Positions 1 to 13,827 of a stretch of 64,000 nucleotides of DNA are shown here, in pieces. Within the stretch, counting starts at the first letter, position 1; every line of letters begins with the position of its first letter. Origin of the DNA: Octopus vulgaris (taxonomy: Eukaryota); the NCBI GenBank assembly GCA_951406725.2, contig OX597840.1:35030001-35094000 (forward strand). The letters run 5' to 3'. Under the pieces are notes generated by a model that was not told the origin of the DNA, did no database searches, and saw only the letters and a program-made list of their open reading frames with translations. The position numbers and the translations under genes were made by a program.

Positions 1-9
1 TAACAAAAG

Positions 10-52
10 CCCTAACCCTAACCCTAACCCTAATCCCAACCCTAACCCTAAA
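10..52. repeat. Short interstitial telomere-like (CCCTAA)n tract
   Basis: About 7 units of CCCTAA with one degenerate unit (TCCCAA), followed by non-telomeric sequence. Confidence 0.8.
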
Positions 53-625
53 CACCGGGTGTACGTATTCTTTACTTTCGCCTCCTATGTCAATCTACGT
101 ACGCCGTGGTTTGCTGTTAAGAAATGAATACAGTACGAGCAAGTGCATTGCTTTGTCCAGGGTCTATGGTACTAATCCCTTGTACTACCTTTGTGGACCC
201 CAGCTTGGGAACCATTGTTCCTAGTGCATCACGATAAATTCCCCGGACTTATAGTCTCAAGTTCTAAAACTGATAAAGACGGTTACCCGGTTTCTATGGC
301 GTATAAGTGGCCGAGATCACATTCCTCTCGAACGGGATACCATCCCGTCTTAGGGTTAACCATTTACAGTCAAGTGGATTGATTTTGCAACATGAAACGA
401 AGTGCCTTGCTCAAGAACGCAATGCACTGTCTGCTCCAGGAATCGGAACATGATCTTGCGATCATGAGGGCACCAACCTAACGACCAGGCCATGCGGACA
501 ACTCGATTGCAAACCAACGGAGCAGACTGATGATCGAAAGAGAATTTAGGACATTTATTTCAAAATGCGGATTTTTGCCAATTTTTTTTTTGCAGATTCG
601 TATTCTCCGTAGCCAAAAACGTGGG

Positions 626-865
626 TTTACTTTTTACTCTTTTACTTGTTTCAGTCATTTGACTGCGGCCATGCTGGAGCACCGCCTTTAGTCGAGCAAA
701 TCGACCCCAGGACTTATTCTTTGTAAGCCTAGTACTTATTCTATCGGTGTCTTTTGCCGAACCGCTAAGTGACGGGGACCTAAACACACCAGCATCGGTT
801 GTCAAGCAATGCTAGAGGGACAAACACAGACACACAAACACACACACACATACATACATACATAC

Positions 866-931
<66 letters not shown>

Positions 932-1097
932 TATGACAGGCTTCTTTCAGTTTCTGTCTACCAAATCCACTCACAAGGCATTGGTCGGCCCGGGGCTATA
1001 GCAGAAGACACTTGCCCAAGATGCCACGCAGTGGGACTGAACCCGGAACCATGTGGTTGGTTAGCAAGCTACTTACCACGCAGCCACTCCTGCGCCT
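626..1097 (-). mobile_element. tRNA-derived SINE family A, full-length copy
   Basis: Minus strand begins AGGCGCAGGAGTGGCTGCGTGG (box A-like), then GGTTCAGTCCC (box B-like), TCTTGGGCAAGTG (CORE-like start), an internal (TA)n/(TG)n tract and a (GTAAAAGA)-type tail. The same sequence recurs more than 15 times in the window. Confidence 0.9.
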
Positions 1098-1723
1098 GTG
1101 TAGAAAAAAAAAGGTACTTTTTGGGGTGTACTAAATGATGTCTTGCCGAGATTTGGCTGCTGTTTCTAACCGATCGAGTGACCACACAAAGCTCCTTACG
1201 TTATGTGTACGTGTATTTTACCTGACTGACGCACGTACGTGTCTCGTTACTGTTTAGCCCCATATCAGCTCTAGCTAATAAATCTTAGCTCAGAGACATT
1301 CTACCCTTGACCACCCCGCTTTATTTTATACACAGTGCCCTTTGGACTACGTTGGAGGGAGTTTTCGCTGCAGTAACAAAACGTATTTAAAGCTGCCGTT
1401 TGGCCCGCATATCAACACTGCTCGAGTAGATCTATGTACGATCAGAGGCGTTCCAGTCGTGACCGTCCCGTCCTTTTCGGGGCACGTTAAGACTACATTA
1501 TCCAGCACGACCTTACCACTTTTTATAAGCGACAATCAATGGTTAAGGGTGTGATTCGAGGGAAATTTAGAGTTATTTCTAACGGTTCAAAATTTCTGTA
1601 AATGGGAGCAACTCTCACCGGTTCGTTTATTATACGAGAAGTGTAGTTGGTTAACCCCAAATCAGCCCTGATCGAACGTTCTTTCTTATTTATGAAATTC
1701 ATTTTTGCTGCGCTCATCCTGAA

Positions 1724-1943
1724 CCCTTTTGTTACTAACCCGGCCAAAACCGGCTCTGGCTCTGTGGTAAAATATCTTGTTTTCACAAGCTTTGAATTAA
1801 AATCTTCCACCAAACCATAGTCACAATTTATGTTCCTAACATTAGCTGAATGATAACTAAATTGTTTTACTAAATTCTTTCTTATATTTAAAATGATTGA
1901 AAGAAACACAGAGCATCTCAACAGAAATACAGTAATGAAAGGG
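1724..1943. mobile_element. piggyBac-like MITE
   Basis: Imperfect TIRs CCCTTTTGTTAC / GTAATGAAAGGG, flanked by TGAA (degenerate) and TTAA. Confidence 0.65.
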
Positions 1944-2184
1944 TTAAATCTTCGACTTTAAAATCTTGTCAGTTCTTCACTTATTTAAGACGCTGGGGTC
2001 CAATTGAATGAATATCTCTACTGCTATTTCTAGCAAAATGAGAATGGGTCAGAAGGGTTCCTTTAATTGGATTTTTACGCTGGGAGTGAAAATAACTTCA
2101 GGGAAAACTAAACAGTGGAAGAGGCCACCCTCATGAACGTGCTTCAGCCCTTAAATTCCTATTCTGTAAGGGGCCGGATCATAT

Positions 2185-2537
2185 AGGTGCAGGCGTGGCT
2201 GTGTGGTAAGGAGTTCGCTTACCAACCACATGGTTCCAGGTTCAGTCCCACTGAACTATAGTCTCGGGCCGACCAAAGCCTTGTGAGTGGATTTCGTAGA
2301 CGGAAACCGAAAGAAGCCCGTCGTATATATGTATATATATGTGTGTGTGTGTGTCTTTGTGTCTGTGTTTGTCCCCCATACTGCTTGACAACCGGTGTTG
2401 GAGTGTTTACGTCCCGTAACATAGCTGTTCGGCAAAAGTAAGTGATAGAATAAGTAGCAGACTCTAAAAAATAATTCTTCAAGGCATTGCCCCAGCATGG
2501 CCACAGTCAGATGACTGAAACAAGTAAAAGGTAAAAG
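2185..2537 (+). mobile_element. SINE family A copy (internally deleted)
   Basis: Matches the family A head, microsatellite and tail. Confidence 0.85.
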
Positions 2538-2734
2538 ATGACTCCTGGATACTCTTCAGCTGACACATCTGGTGCCAATGTCTGGGATCGAACCTTTTCT
2601 TGTTTGTACGTGTGTATGTCTTATGTGTATGTATGCATGTCTATGTATATTGGTGTTAATAAATCTGTGTCTGTACGTACTTACATACCGGCATGTCTTT
2701 TCGTATATGCGGGTACTACATCTCTCTATATAAG

Positions 2735-3700
2735 TATTTCTTTACTACCCACAAGGGGCTAAACACAGAGGGGACAAACAAGGACAGACATAGGTATTAA
2801 GTCGATTACATCGACCCCAGTGCGTAACTGGTACTTAATTTATCGACCCCGAAAGGATGAAAGGCAAAGTCGACCTCGGCGGAATTTGAACTCAGAACGT
2901 AAAGACGGACGAAATACCTATTTCTTTATTACCCACAAGGGGCTAAACACAGAGGGGACAAACAAGGACAGACATAGGTATTAAGTCGATTACATCGACC
3001 CCAGTGCGTAACTGGTACTTAATTTATCGATCCCCAAAGGATGAAAGGCAAAGTCGACCTCGGCGGAATTTGAACTCAGAACGTACCGGCCGACGAAATA
3101 CCTATTTCTTTATTACCCACAAGGGGCTAAACACAGAGGGGACAAACAAGGACAGACATAGGTATTAAGTCGATTACATCGACCCCAGTGCGTAACTGGT
3201 ACTTAATTTATCGACCCCGAAAGGATGAAAGGCAAAGTCGACCTCGGCGGAATTTGAACTCAGAACGTACCGACGGACGAAATACCTATTTCTTTATTAC
3301 CCACAAGGGGCTAAACACAGAGGGGACAAACAAGGACAGACATAGGTATTAAGTCGATTACATCGACCCCAGTGCGTAACTGGTACTTAATTTATCGATC
3401 CCGAAAGGATGAAAGGTCAAAGTCGACCTCGGCGGAATTTGAACTCAGAACGTACCGGCCGACGAAATACCTATTTCTTTTACCCACAAGGGGCTAAACA
3501 CAGAGGGGACAAACAAGGACAGACATAGGTATTAAGTCGATTATGTCGACCCCAGTGCGTAACTGGTACTTAATTTATCGACTCCGAAAGGATGAAAGGC
3601 AAAGACGACCTCGGCGGAATTTGAACTCACAACGTAGCGGCAGACGAAATACTGCTAAGCATTTCGCCCGGCGTGCTAACGTCTCCGCCAGCTCGCCGCC
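2735..3700 (-). mobile_element. SINE family B (Meta-domain-like): one tRNA-like head plus five tandem 184-bp bodies
   Basis: Units start (plus strand) at 2735, 2919, 3103, 3287 and 3472. A single head GGCGGCGAGCTGGCGG... begins at 3700 on the minus strand. The body has box B-like GAGTTCAAATTC and GCCTTTCATCCTTTCGGGGTCGATAAATTAAGTACCAG, which from memory resembles the MetaSINE central domain. Confidence 0.85.
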
Positions 3701-4273
3701 TTCACCCTCTATATATATGTGTGCGTGTCTGTACGGCTGTATGTGTCGTTATGTCTCTCTAATGCTCGCGTATATACGTCTGTATAAGAGTGTATGCGTG
3801 CGCGCGTGTCGGCATTTTAGAAGAGATTACCCGGAGTTATCTTCCCTTGCACAGATCCACAAAGCTTCAGACTTCGGAGAGTCAGAGGAGGAGGGGGGGA
3901 GAGCTCTTCTGTGAAATAAAACCTACTTCAGTATCGCTGTTTTCTCGTCTACACATTTATTAGACACATACATATATACAGACACATACATATATACACA
4001 TACATATATATATATATATACATATACACACACACATATATATTTATATATATAGACACACACACACACACATATTTCTGTCTAAATATGTATATATAGA
4101 CAGACACGAATATAGATTTATAAATTTTATACACACACACACACACATATATATATGTATGTATGTAAGTATATATATATATATATACATGTATGTATAA
4201 AGACATAAATGTTTGTTCGTCTAAAATTATTTATATCTATCGTTTAATTCTGTTACCTTTATAGAAAGATCGC

Positions 4274-4306
<33 letters not shown>

Positions 4307-4629
4307 CCACACACACACATACAAGCATATCACACACACACAAACACTCACATACAAGTACATCACGCACACACACATACAAGCAAATCAGGCACGCACA
4401 CACACATAAAAGCACATCACTCATATACACATACACACACACACACATATACACACAGGCACATCACGTACACACACAATTACACACACACTCACACTCA
4501 AGTATATCATACACACACACACATACAAGCACGCACACTAGCTCACAAGCACACGCACACACACATACGGCACATCACACACACGCACGCACACAGAAGC
4601 TCTCACACACACGCACACATCACTCACTC

Positions 4630-4785
4630 ACTTACTTACGCGCGCACACACCGAGTGTGTGTTAATCTATTTCCGTTGTCGTTCCGGCTGGCGGCGGCGG
4701 CGACAGAGGCGGCGGCCCCGGTCCTCCTCCTCCCCTCCTCCTCCTTCTTCTTCTTCTTCTTCGTTCACAGCTTTCATTTGTCGAT
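4630..4785 (+). promoter_or_regulatory. CpG-rich 5' UTR/promoter-proximal region of the ceramide synthase gene
   Basis: Locally CpG-rich (CGCGCGC, (GGC)n) sequence just upstream of the ATG. A pyrimidine tract ending in CAG at 4768-4770 could instead be an acceptor for an upstream non-coding exon. Confidence 0.45.
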
Positions 4786-4985
4786 ATGGAGACCGTCGAA
4801 GCCACTTCGTGGTGGCACACCATTCGTAGTAAATTCTGGAACGAGTGGTTCTGGTTACCCAGGCACCTGACATGGCAGGACTATCTGAACGAGAAGCAAG
4901 GGATGTACAAACCCCAAATCGAGGATCTACTCTGGGTGCCCGTCTTGGCCCTGGCTTTGTGTCTCACTAGAATACTTTTCGAAAG
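4786..4985 (+). CDS. CERS6: Ceramide synthase (CerS5/6-like, LAG1/LASS family), first coding exon
   Basis: Translation METVEATSWWHTIRSKFWNEWFWLPRHLTWQDYLNEKQGMYKPQIEDLLWVPVLALALCLTRILFER matches the CerS N-terminal pattern FWNExFWLPxxxTWxD...PQxEDL...RxxFER (human CerS6 FWNERFWLPHNVTWADL...PQAEDL...RLIFER). The exon ends at a canonical phase-2 donor AG|GTAAG (GT at 4986-4987). The symbol indicates the family; CerS5 versus CerS6 orthology cannot be resolved. Confidence 0.93.
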
Positions 4986-5157
4986 GTAAGAACCACTTCT
5001 CTCTCTCTCTGCTTTTTTTGGTGTTATGTGAAGAAAGGGGGCAAAAAAAAAGGGCCCTTCTTGCAATGACCATGGCAGGACATTATGTGTGGTTTATAAT
5101 ATTTTGTTGTTTGTCTCTGGGTCTATGTCTAAACTGACCTCTGATTTTGGATGTGTG

Positions 5158-5190
<33 letters not shown>

Positions 5191-5565
5191 GTGTGTGTGT
5201 AGGTGGGTGTCTGTATAGATATAGGTATGTATATATGTATATATATATATAGGTACCTCTGTGTTATATATAGGTGTGTGTGTGTATGTATATATATATA
5301 TATAATGTCTGGGTATTTAACTATATACCTGTCTATCTATATATCTGTCTATCTATATATATCTGTCTATATATCTATCTATCTAAATATCTATCTATAT
5401 ATCTATATATCTATCTATCTACATCTATATATCTGTCTATCTATCTACATCTATATATCTATCTATCTATCTATCTCACTCCTAACATGTTTTTCCCGGC
5501 GGTGCTCCAGTATGATCGCAGTCACATGGTTGAATCGTAAAAAAATATATATATATTATCCAACT

Positions 5566-5642
<77 letters not shown>

Positions 5643-5986
5643 TCATGGCTCGGCTTCACGAACGAAGATCAGGAAGGCATATATATATATATATACCTGT
5701 GTTTATATATCTTTGTATATATATATATATATATGTATGTGTATATATATACATACATATATGTGTGTATGTATCTATGTCTCACATTCGTTTAATGGTT
5801 AATTATAAAAATCGACAGATCCCCTCCCCCCAATCCATATTTCCAGGCCTTATGTCTGTCTATTAGCAGAAAAGGTTATATACATCTAGCTATATATAAT
5901 CTATCTATATACATGCTTACTTAAGTCACCGCATCGGAACCGCTTCAACAGATTTTTTTACCTACCTACATATATATACATACATA

Positions 5987-6047
<61 letters not shown>

Positions 6048-6254
6048 ATATATAGCTAACGCCCTTGTTTAGTGACGATGGGGGTGTGTAAGTCGACGGT
6101 GAAGGCCTAAAAATCCTCACAAGATATCATAAAACCGCACTGTAAAACCCAATTTCGTCCTCCCTCTTTCTATCTCAGTAAAAAAAGACCCCAGATATTC
6201 TATAACAGATCTCTATATACATCCATACTTAATTACCATCATGCGCACACATAT

Positions 6255-6269
6255 ATATACATGCGCATG

Positions 6270-6319
<50 letters not shown>

Positions 6320-7267
6320 GATGTATATATGTGTGTAGATGTATATATGTGTGTAGATGTATATATGTGTGTAGATGTATATATGTGTGTAGATGTATAT
6401 ATATACATATACATATATATGTAGATGTATATATATACATATACATATATATGTAGATGTATATATACATATACATATATATGTAGATGTATATATATAC
6501 ATATACATATATATGTAGATGTATATATATACATATATATGTAGATGTATATATATACATATACATATATATGTAGATGTATATATATACATATATATGT
6601 AGATGTATATATATACATATATATGTAGATGTATATATATACATATATATAGATGTATATATATATATATGTAGATGTATATATATACATATATATGTAG
6701 ATGTATATATATACATATATATGTAGATGTATATATATACATATATATGTAGATGTATATATATACATATATATGTAGATGTATATATATACATATATAT
6801 GTAGATGTATATATATACATATATATGTAGATGTATATATATACATATATATGTAGATGTATATATATACATATATATGTAGATGTATATATATACATAT
6901 ATATGTAGATGTATATATACATACATATGTAGATGTATATATACATATATATGTAGATGTATATATATACATATATATGTAGATGTATATATATACATAT
7001 GTAGATGTATATATATACATATGTAGATGTATATATATACATACATATGTAGATGTATATATATATACATATGTAGATGTATATATATATACATATGTAG
7101 ATGTATATATATATACATATGTAGATGTATATATATATACATATATATGTAGATGTATATATATATACATATATATGTAGATGTATGTATATATACATAT
7201 ATATGTAGATGTATATATATATACATATATATGTAGATGTATATATATATACATATATATGTAGATG

Positions 7268-7309
<42 letters not shown>

Positions 7310-8452
7310 GATGTATATATATATATATATATATAATATATATGTAGATGTATATATATATATATATATATACATATATATGTAGATGTATATATATATA
7401 TATATATATACATATATATGTAGATGTATATATATATATATACATATATATGTAGATGTATATATATATATATATACATATATATGTAGATGTATATATA
7501 TATATATATACATATATATGTAGATGTATATATATATATATATACATATATATGTAGATGTATATATATATATATGTACATATATATATATATATGTAGA
7601 TGTATATATATATACATATATATGTAGATGTATATATATATATACATATATATGTAGATGTATATATATATACATATATATGTAGTATATATATATATAT
7701 ACATATATGTAGATGTATATATATATATATATATATGTAGATGTATATATATATATATACATATATATGTAGATGTATATATATATACATATATATGTAT
7801 ATTATATATATATATATACATATATATGTAGATGTATATATATATACATATGTAGATGTATATATATATATATATATATGTAGATGTATATGTATATATA
7901 TATATATATATGTAGATTATATATATATATATACATATATATGTATGTATATGTATATATATATACATATATATGTATATGTATATGTATATATATATAC
8001 ATATATATGTAGATGTATATGTATATATATATACATATATATGTAGATGTATATGTATATATATACATATATATGTAGATGTATATATATATATATACAT
8101 ATATATGTATATGTATATATATATATACATATATATGTAGATGTATATATATATATACATATATATGTAGATGTATATATATATACATATATATGTAGAT
8201 GTATATATATATACATATATATGTAGATGTATATATATATATACATATATATGTAGATGTATATGTATATATATATACATATATATGTAGATGTATATGT
8301 AATATATATATATACATATATATGTAGATGTATATGTATATACATATATATGTAGATGTATATGTATATACATATATATGTAGATGTATATATATATATA
8401 TATATATACATATATATGTCGATGTATATATATATATATACATATATATGTA

Positions 8453-8498
<46 letters not shown>

Positions 8499-8580
8499 TA
8501 TATGTAGATACATACATACATACATATATATATGTATATATACATCTACATATATATGTATATATATATACATACATACA
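6255..8580. repeat. ~2.3 kb compound (TA)n satellite punctuated by TGTAGATG
   Basis: Recurring ~24-36 bp unit CATATATATGTAGATGTATATATATA with variable TA count. Confidence 0.95.
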
Positions 8581-8848
8581 CAGGAATATAAATGAATGTT
8601 TGTGCGTGTATTAGGCGTACACAATTGGTTGCTTGTGTTAAAAAGGGCGAATGACAGGCCTTCTTAAGACGCTTTTCTGCCTTGGGTTAAGTCATCGAGA
8701 AGAAGGGTTTTAATATTTTAATTGTTTTCCTTTACTTACTCTGTTCCTCCCCACCACACCTTGCGTGGTATTTTAAAGGCAGAATGCTCTTTATATTGCA
8801 CGTATGTGTGTGTCTGTCTGTCTGTCTGTCCCCACCTCTCTCTTTCTA

Positions 8849-8899
<51 letters not shown>

Positions 8900-10478
8900 T
8901 TAGGATAATGAGAATTATAGAAATTGTTATTACCACAGTTTTTTTACTGCTCTTTCTAGCACAAGGCTTTCCTATTTGGAAGCCTCTGAATGTGTTTTAA
9001 TATACACGATATTTTTATGTATGTGTATATATATATATATATGTATATATACACGCACGTGTGTGCATGTATGTGTGATTGCGTGTGCGAATGGTATGTG
9101 TGTGTATGTGTGGGGGACAATGTATGTATGTGCGTGTGTTAATGGTATGTGTGTGGGTGTATGTATATATATACATATATATGTTGTGGTTTTGTTTAAT
9201 TTTTAAATATATATATATATACATCTGTACATGTATATACATATGTGTGTATACATATATTCGTGTGTGTCTGTCTAGCATATGTGGTATGTATGCATGT
9301 ATATAGAACGTGACTGTAGTCCTAATTGCCTCTATATGCATTCTACACATCGCTAATTACCCTCTCTGTTCACTCCCACGTATGTGTAGAAATATTAAAC
9401 ACAAAATTTACAATCTTTCCAATTAAATATTTTGCAAACACGCTCCTATACAAAGAGTACATTTATTAAAATAAGATATCTTTATAAACACATATTTTCA
9501 CAAGAAAAATTTACACACACACATACCACGATCGTTCCTGAAGTCTTAAGAATTCGGTCTCTGTTTGGTAAACCTATTCCATCACCATCTCATCTCTAGT
9601 AGTTCCTTTGCTGCTTAATAATAATAATAATTCTTTTTACTGTAGACACAAAGCTTGAAATTTTAGAAGAGCAGGGCCTTGTCAATTACATCAACCCCTG
9701 TGCTCAACTGGTACTTGTTTTATCGGCCTCGAAAGGACGAAAGGCAAAGTCGACCTTGGTGGAATTTGAACTCGGTGCGTGAAGCCGGAACAAAGGCCGC
9801 TAAGCACATTTTCCATGTGGCTCGTTTCCAGACCAAAGTCTCATGCGCTAGGGTAATATATTTATGTCGGGGGTTACACTGAGGACCAATTTGGTTTTTT
9901 AGCCAGCCCCTTACTTACTGCTGTTAACCGTAAAATTTTCGGCACCTTCAAAAATACAGTCATTGATTCAAGCCGAACATGGAGGAATCTTCTCCATGCT
10001 AGCTCAAACTGCTAGAAATAGCAGCCTATCCATCCCCGCTCCAAATCCGTTTTGAACGAAAAGACGGACACATTAGATAAACGATGGCTGAAATATAAAG
10101 GCTAGATGGCCACGACTAGAACGTCTTTGTTCATTTGTCTACTACTGGATCAAAGCAAGATCTCTCTCTCTCCATTCATACATCCATATATTAATTTTGC
10201 TTTAGTGCAATCCATATAGCTTACATAAGTCTTGTTTCGCATGCTCACACCATTCATATCTATCCACACATTCTACTGTTTTAATTAAAATGTGGGAACG
10301 GGCATGGCTGGAACGCTTTTGATCACAGACTTGCTTTAGAGCTAACATGGGGTTATAAGCTGCATTAACCTTTCTCACGATCCTTTATGTGGATATTGAC
10401 AAAACTCCGAGCAGTAACAACGGGCACTATAAGCATTTGCACGTTCCTCTTGCATTGAGTTCTCCCCTCAAACGTGTG

Positions 10479-10536
<58 letters not shown>

Positions 10537-11039
10537 ATTTTCTACCCTTTCTTTGTATTTCTTACTGACTTCTATATTACACCCCTCTTTTTCTCTCTAG
10601 TCTCACTCGCAAGACACCGGCCATACTGGAGCACTGAACCCTAAACTCTTCAAAGGGGGGTTTGGTCGATCGCATCGACCCAGTGCGTCTTTGAACCTGG
10701 TTCCTCTTTTATCGATCGGTATTTGTCGAAGAACCGGTACATACGTACACACACACCATACATGTATGTATATATATGTATATATGTATGTATAGTGTGT
10801 CTGTTTTCGATTTTTCTTCCCATAATGACTTCTATTGTAGTCAGATAAGATCAAGACGTCAGTGTGACCGTGTAACAAAAAACGTTTCTTGTCTTTCGTA
10901 CACCATTGCTATAATATCCACCCACACCAACGAGAGAGAAAGAAGACACGAACAGACAAATACAAAGAGCTGGAAAGCAACCTTCTGTAATTTGGAATAG
11001 TCTAGTAGTAGTAGTAATAGCTGCTGTAGTAGCTGGATC

Positions 11040-11957
11040 TGTTACTAATTGCTATATCCCCCAAAGTCGGCCAGGATCGAGCAGGGCCTCTGATCAAATC
11101 CATTCCACCAGTCATTCTCTAGGACTAACCTGCATAATGTACATTATCTAACCCCCTTATTATTTGTTCCCCTTTCGCTTTTTCTCTCTCAGAGATTTCA
11201 GGGAGGTCGGACTACTATTTCCCTCTACTACTGTTGGACGTTGGATCGTCCACGGTTGGTGGATCAAAGCCATTCTATCAATTACCATCCTGTCTTTCTA
11301 GGACTGGCTGCATATCTTAATGTCCATTTTTTTCTGAGACTCCTTCATTCTCTCTCTCTCTATAATTTGAGGGATATTTGACTACTATTTCTCTCTACTA
11401 CTGTGGCCGCTGGATCGTCCACGGCTGGTGGATCAAAGCCATTCTATCAATTACCATCCTGTCTTTCTAGGACTGGCTGCATAGCTTAATGTCCATTTTT
11501 TTCTGAGACTCCTTCTTTTTTCTCTCTCTCTATAATTTGAGGGATATTTGACTGCTATTTCTCGCGTAATGCTGGCTTTTTGGTAGTTGAATGATTCACG
11601 TGTTTCTCATAGTAACAATTGTAGTAATGGCGATTATACCAAGTAGGAGTATCCTGTTTTGTTTAACCCAAGGTTGACTCCGATCCCCTAGACCTGTGAT
11701 CTAACACATCCTAGCCGGGAGCACCCTTTTTTCCCGTTTTTTTTTTTTTACTAGGCATATTATGCTCCGAATTATTGTGTCCTTGTATTATCTTTTGCTA
11801 AGATAGAGGGTGATTTGAGGGAAAATTGGACGCTATTTCTAACAGGCTCCCTCGTTGACTCACTCAGTCGACCCCTATCTCACTCCATGTCAGCATTGAT
11901 CCAGGAAATTTAGAATCAAAGGCGTTCCAATCATGACCATGCTGTATTTTCAAGACA

Positions 11958-12003
<46 letters not shown>

Positions 12004-13450
12004 TGCAATACACATGGTTTTTGATGATTTGGCTGCTATTTCCAGCAGGCTCCCTCCTTCGCTTTCGCTGGCATTGTTATCCCATAAGTCAGCAGCGATC
12101 TAGGAAATCTATAATCAAAAGCGTTCCATTTATGACTATCTCGTCTATTTTCAAGGGTGTATATCTCGAGTAATTCACATTATCCAACGTGTGATTTTGA
12201 GGGAGGCTTGGCTGCTATTTCTAGCATGTTCCCTCGTTGACTCGTAGGTTCCCTCGTAAGTCCAACCAGGCCATTACTGCTCCTGGAAGTCTAAACTCAA
12301 AGGCGTTCTCGCCATGACCATAACGTCTGTTTTCAAGACTATATATATATATATATATATATGCCAAGTACTGTATTATCCAACATGTGATTTTGAGGGA
12401 GATTTAGTTGCTATTTCCTGCGTTGACTCACTCTTGTATTTAGCCTTAGTCCCTCCCTCCAAACTTCACCCAACAGGTTGGCACTGATCCAGGAAATCTA
12501 TAACTAAAGGCGTTCCAGCTACGACTATCCCGTCTGTGATTTTTTTTATGGTGGGAAAGGGGTTTAGCTGTTGTTTCTAGCAGGCTTGGCATCAAGCACT
12601 ACATTATTATTCGATATTCATGTACGTATGTATTAATTATGTTCGACATTACTGACTCAGCGTGTGGTTTTTGAGGGAGATTTGACTGTTATTTCTAGCA
12701 GTTGGAACTGCCGTGTAGAAAGCCACGATGCTTCCCTGGCAAGCACTGCCTGTTACTCACGGCCTTTTTAATTATATACAATTTTATTTTCTATGCACAC
12801 ACACACACAGACTTGTTCACACGATACCCTATGAATCAGTATATATATACACACGTGCGTTTGCGTGTGAGATCATCTTCTTGTCGTTGTTGTTGCTTAG
12901 CCCTGGTCGAACCTAATTTAGGGAGATTTACGGGGATCGAACGTGTTCCAGCCGCGACCATCTCGGCTTTATTTCAAACATTATATCGCAAGGTCTTCTT
13001 GGTCAATGGCCTTCTTGTTCTGAAGACTGTTTCGTTTCGAGAATCGACGATCTGGTTGTTATTTCTACCATTCTGAGCGACTTCGTAGAGGCTTGTCCTA
13101 GCCTTTGACTGCATGGTGTGATTCAAAGGAGATTTGGCTGCTGTTTCTGCCGGGTCGAGCGAGAGGTAGCGTGGAGGCTAGTTTAGTCCCAGGTCGGCCT
13201 TCGTTGCTTCGGTTACGCACTGGGGTCGATGTAATCGATTTAATACCTATGTCTGTCCTTGTTTGTCCCCTCTGTGTTTAGCCCCTTGTGGGTAATAAAG
13301 AAATAGGTATATCAAAGGCTCTCACGCAATTTCTGCCTCAGGGGTCGTGTATCCAATGCCATCTTTTAAATACCGTGGGGTGATATTTGACTTCAAGGCG
13401 ATTCAGTTGCTATTTCTAGCATGTGGAGTGACCGCATTACCTGCTTTTAA
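11040..13450. repeat. Degenerate head-to-tail array of a ~170-200 bp dispersed repeat
   Basis: The motif pair ATCAAAGGC(G/A)TTCCA..TGACCATC and GAGGGAGATTTGGCTGCTATTTCTAGCA recurs about 10 times. The two units starting at 11210 and 11380 are near-identical. Dispersed copies also occur near 1140-1600, 10000-10160 (inverted) and 47030-47240. Confidence 0.7.
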
Positions 13451-13827
13451 ATATCTTTGGCCGATGCTGGGCTTACTAATTTCGAGTTGTAGGTGCGGGA
13501 ACTTTATAAAAAAATAAAAAATAAAGAAAAACGAAGCCGGCCCAACGAAATAGAGATAAAGTATAAAGTTACACAGATAATAATTGAGAAGAAATCTTAT
13601 CGGGTGTCGCGGGGTGGAACTTCGTAATATCATCGTGCACAAATCTGTCTGTCTGTCTGCTTTTATGCCCGCGTGTGTGTGTGTGCATCCATGCATGTGT
13701 GCACACATACATGCAATTCATCACGTGTCACGAAGCTTTTCTTTGTATGTTGGGGTCTATTCTGTCCGGAGGGGAGATGTGTGATCACAGCCCCACTGCG
13801 GCCATACCCGTACTGACTATACTACTT

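Noticed and set aside
1-52. True chromosome end
   Set aside because: The tract is short, degenerate and preceded by non-telomeric bases.
527-545. Hammerhead core CTGATGA..GAAA
   Set aside because: Only 2 nt separate the boxes, so there is no stem II and no plausible stem I or III.
809-1138. Recurrent short ORFs ending ...EDTCPRCHAVGLNPEPCGW
   Set aside because: Antisense translations of SINE A copies, not a gene family.
2735-3700. Retrozyme (hammerhead-containing tandem repeat)
   Set aside because: The size fits, but no CTGANGA...GAAA core with stems was found on either strand of the 184-bp unit.
6213-8624. Very long ORFs (up to 782 aa) rich in Y/I/H/T
   Set aside because: Translations of (TA)n compound satellite lacking stops. 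The same applies to the ORFs at 25444-25993, 37882-38456, 43406-44237 and 58764-60502.
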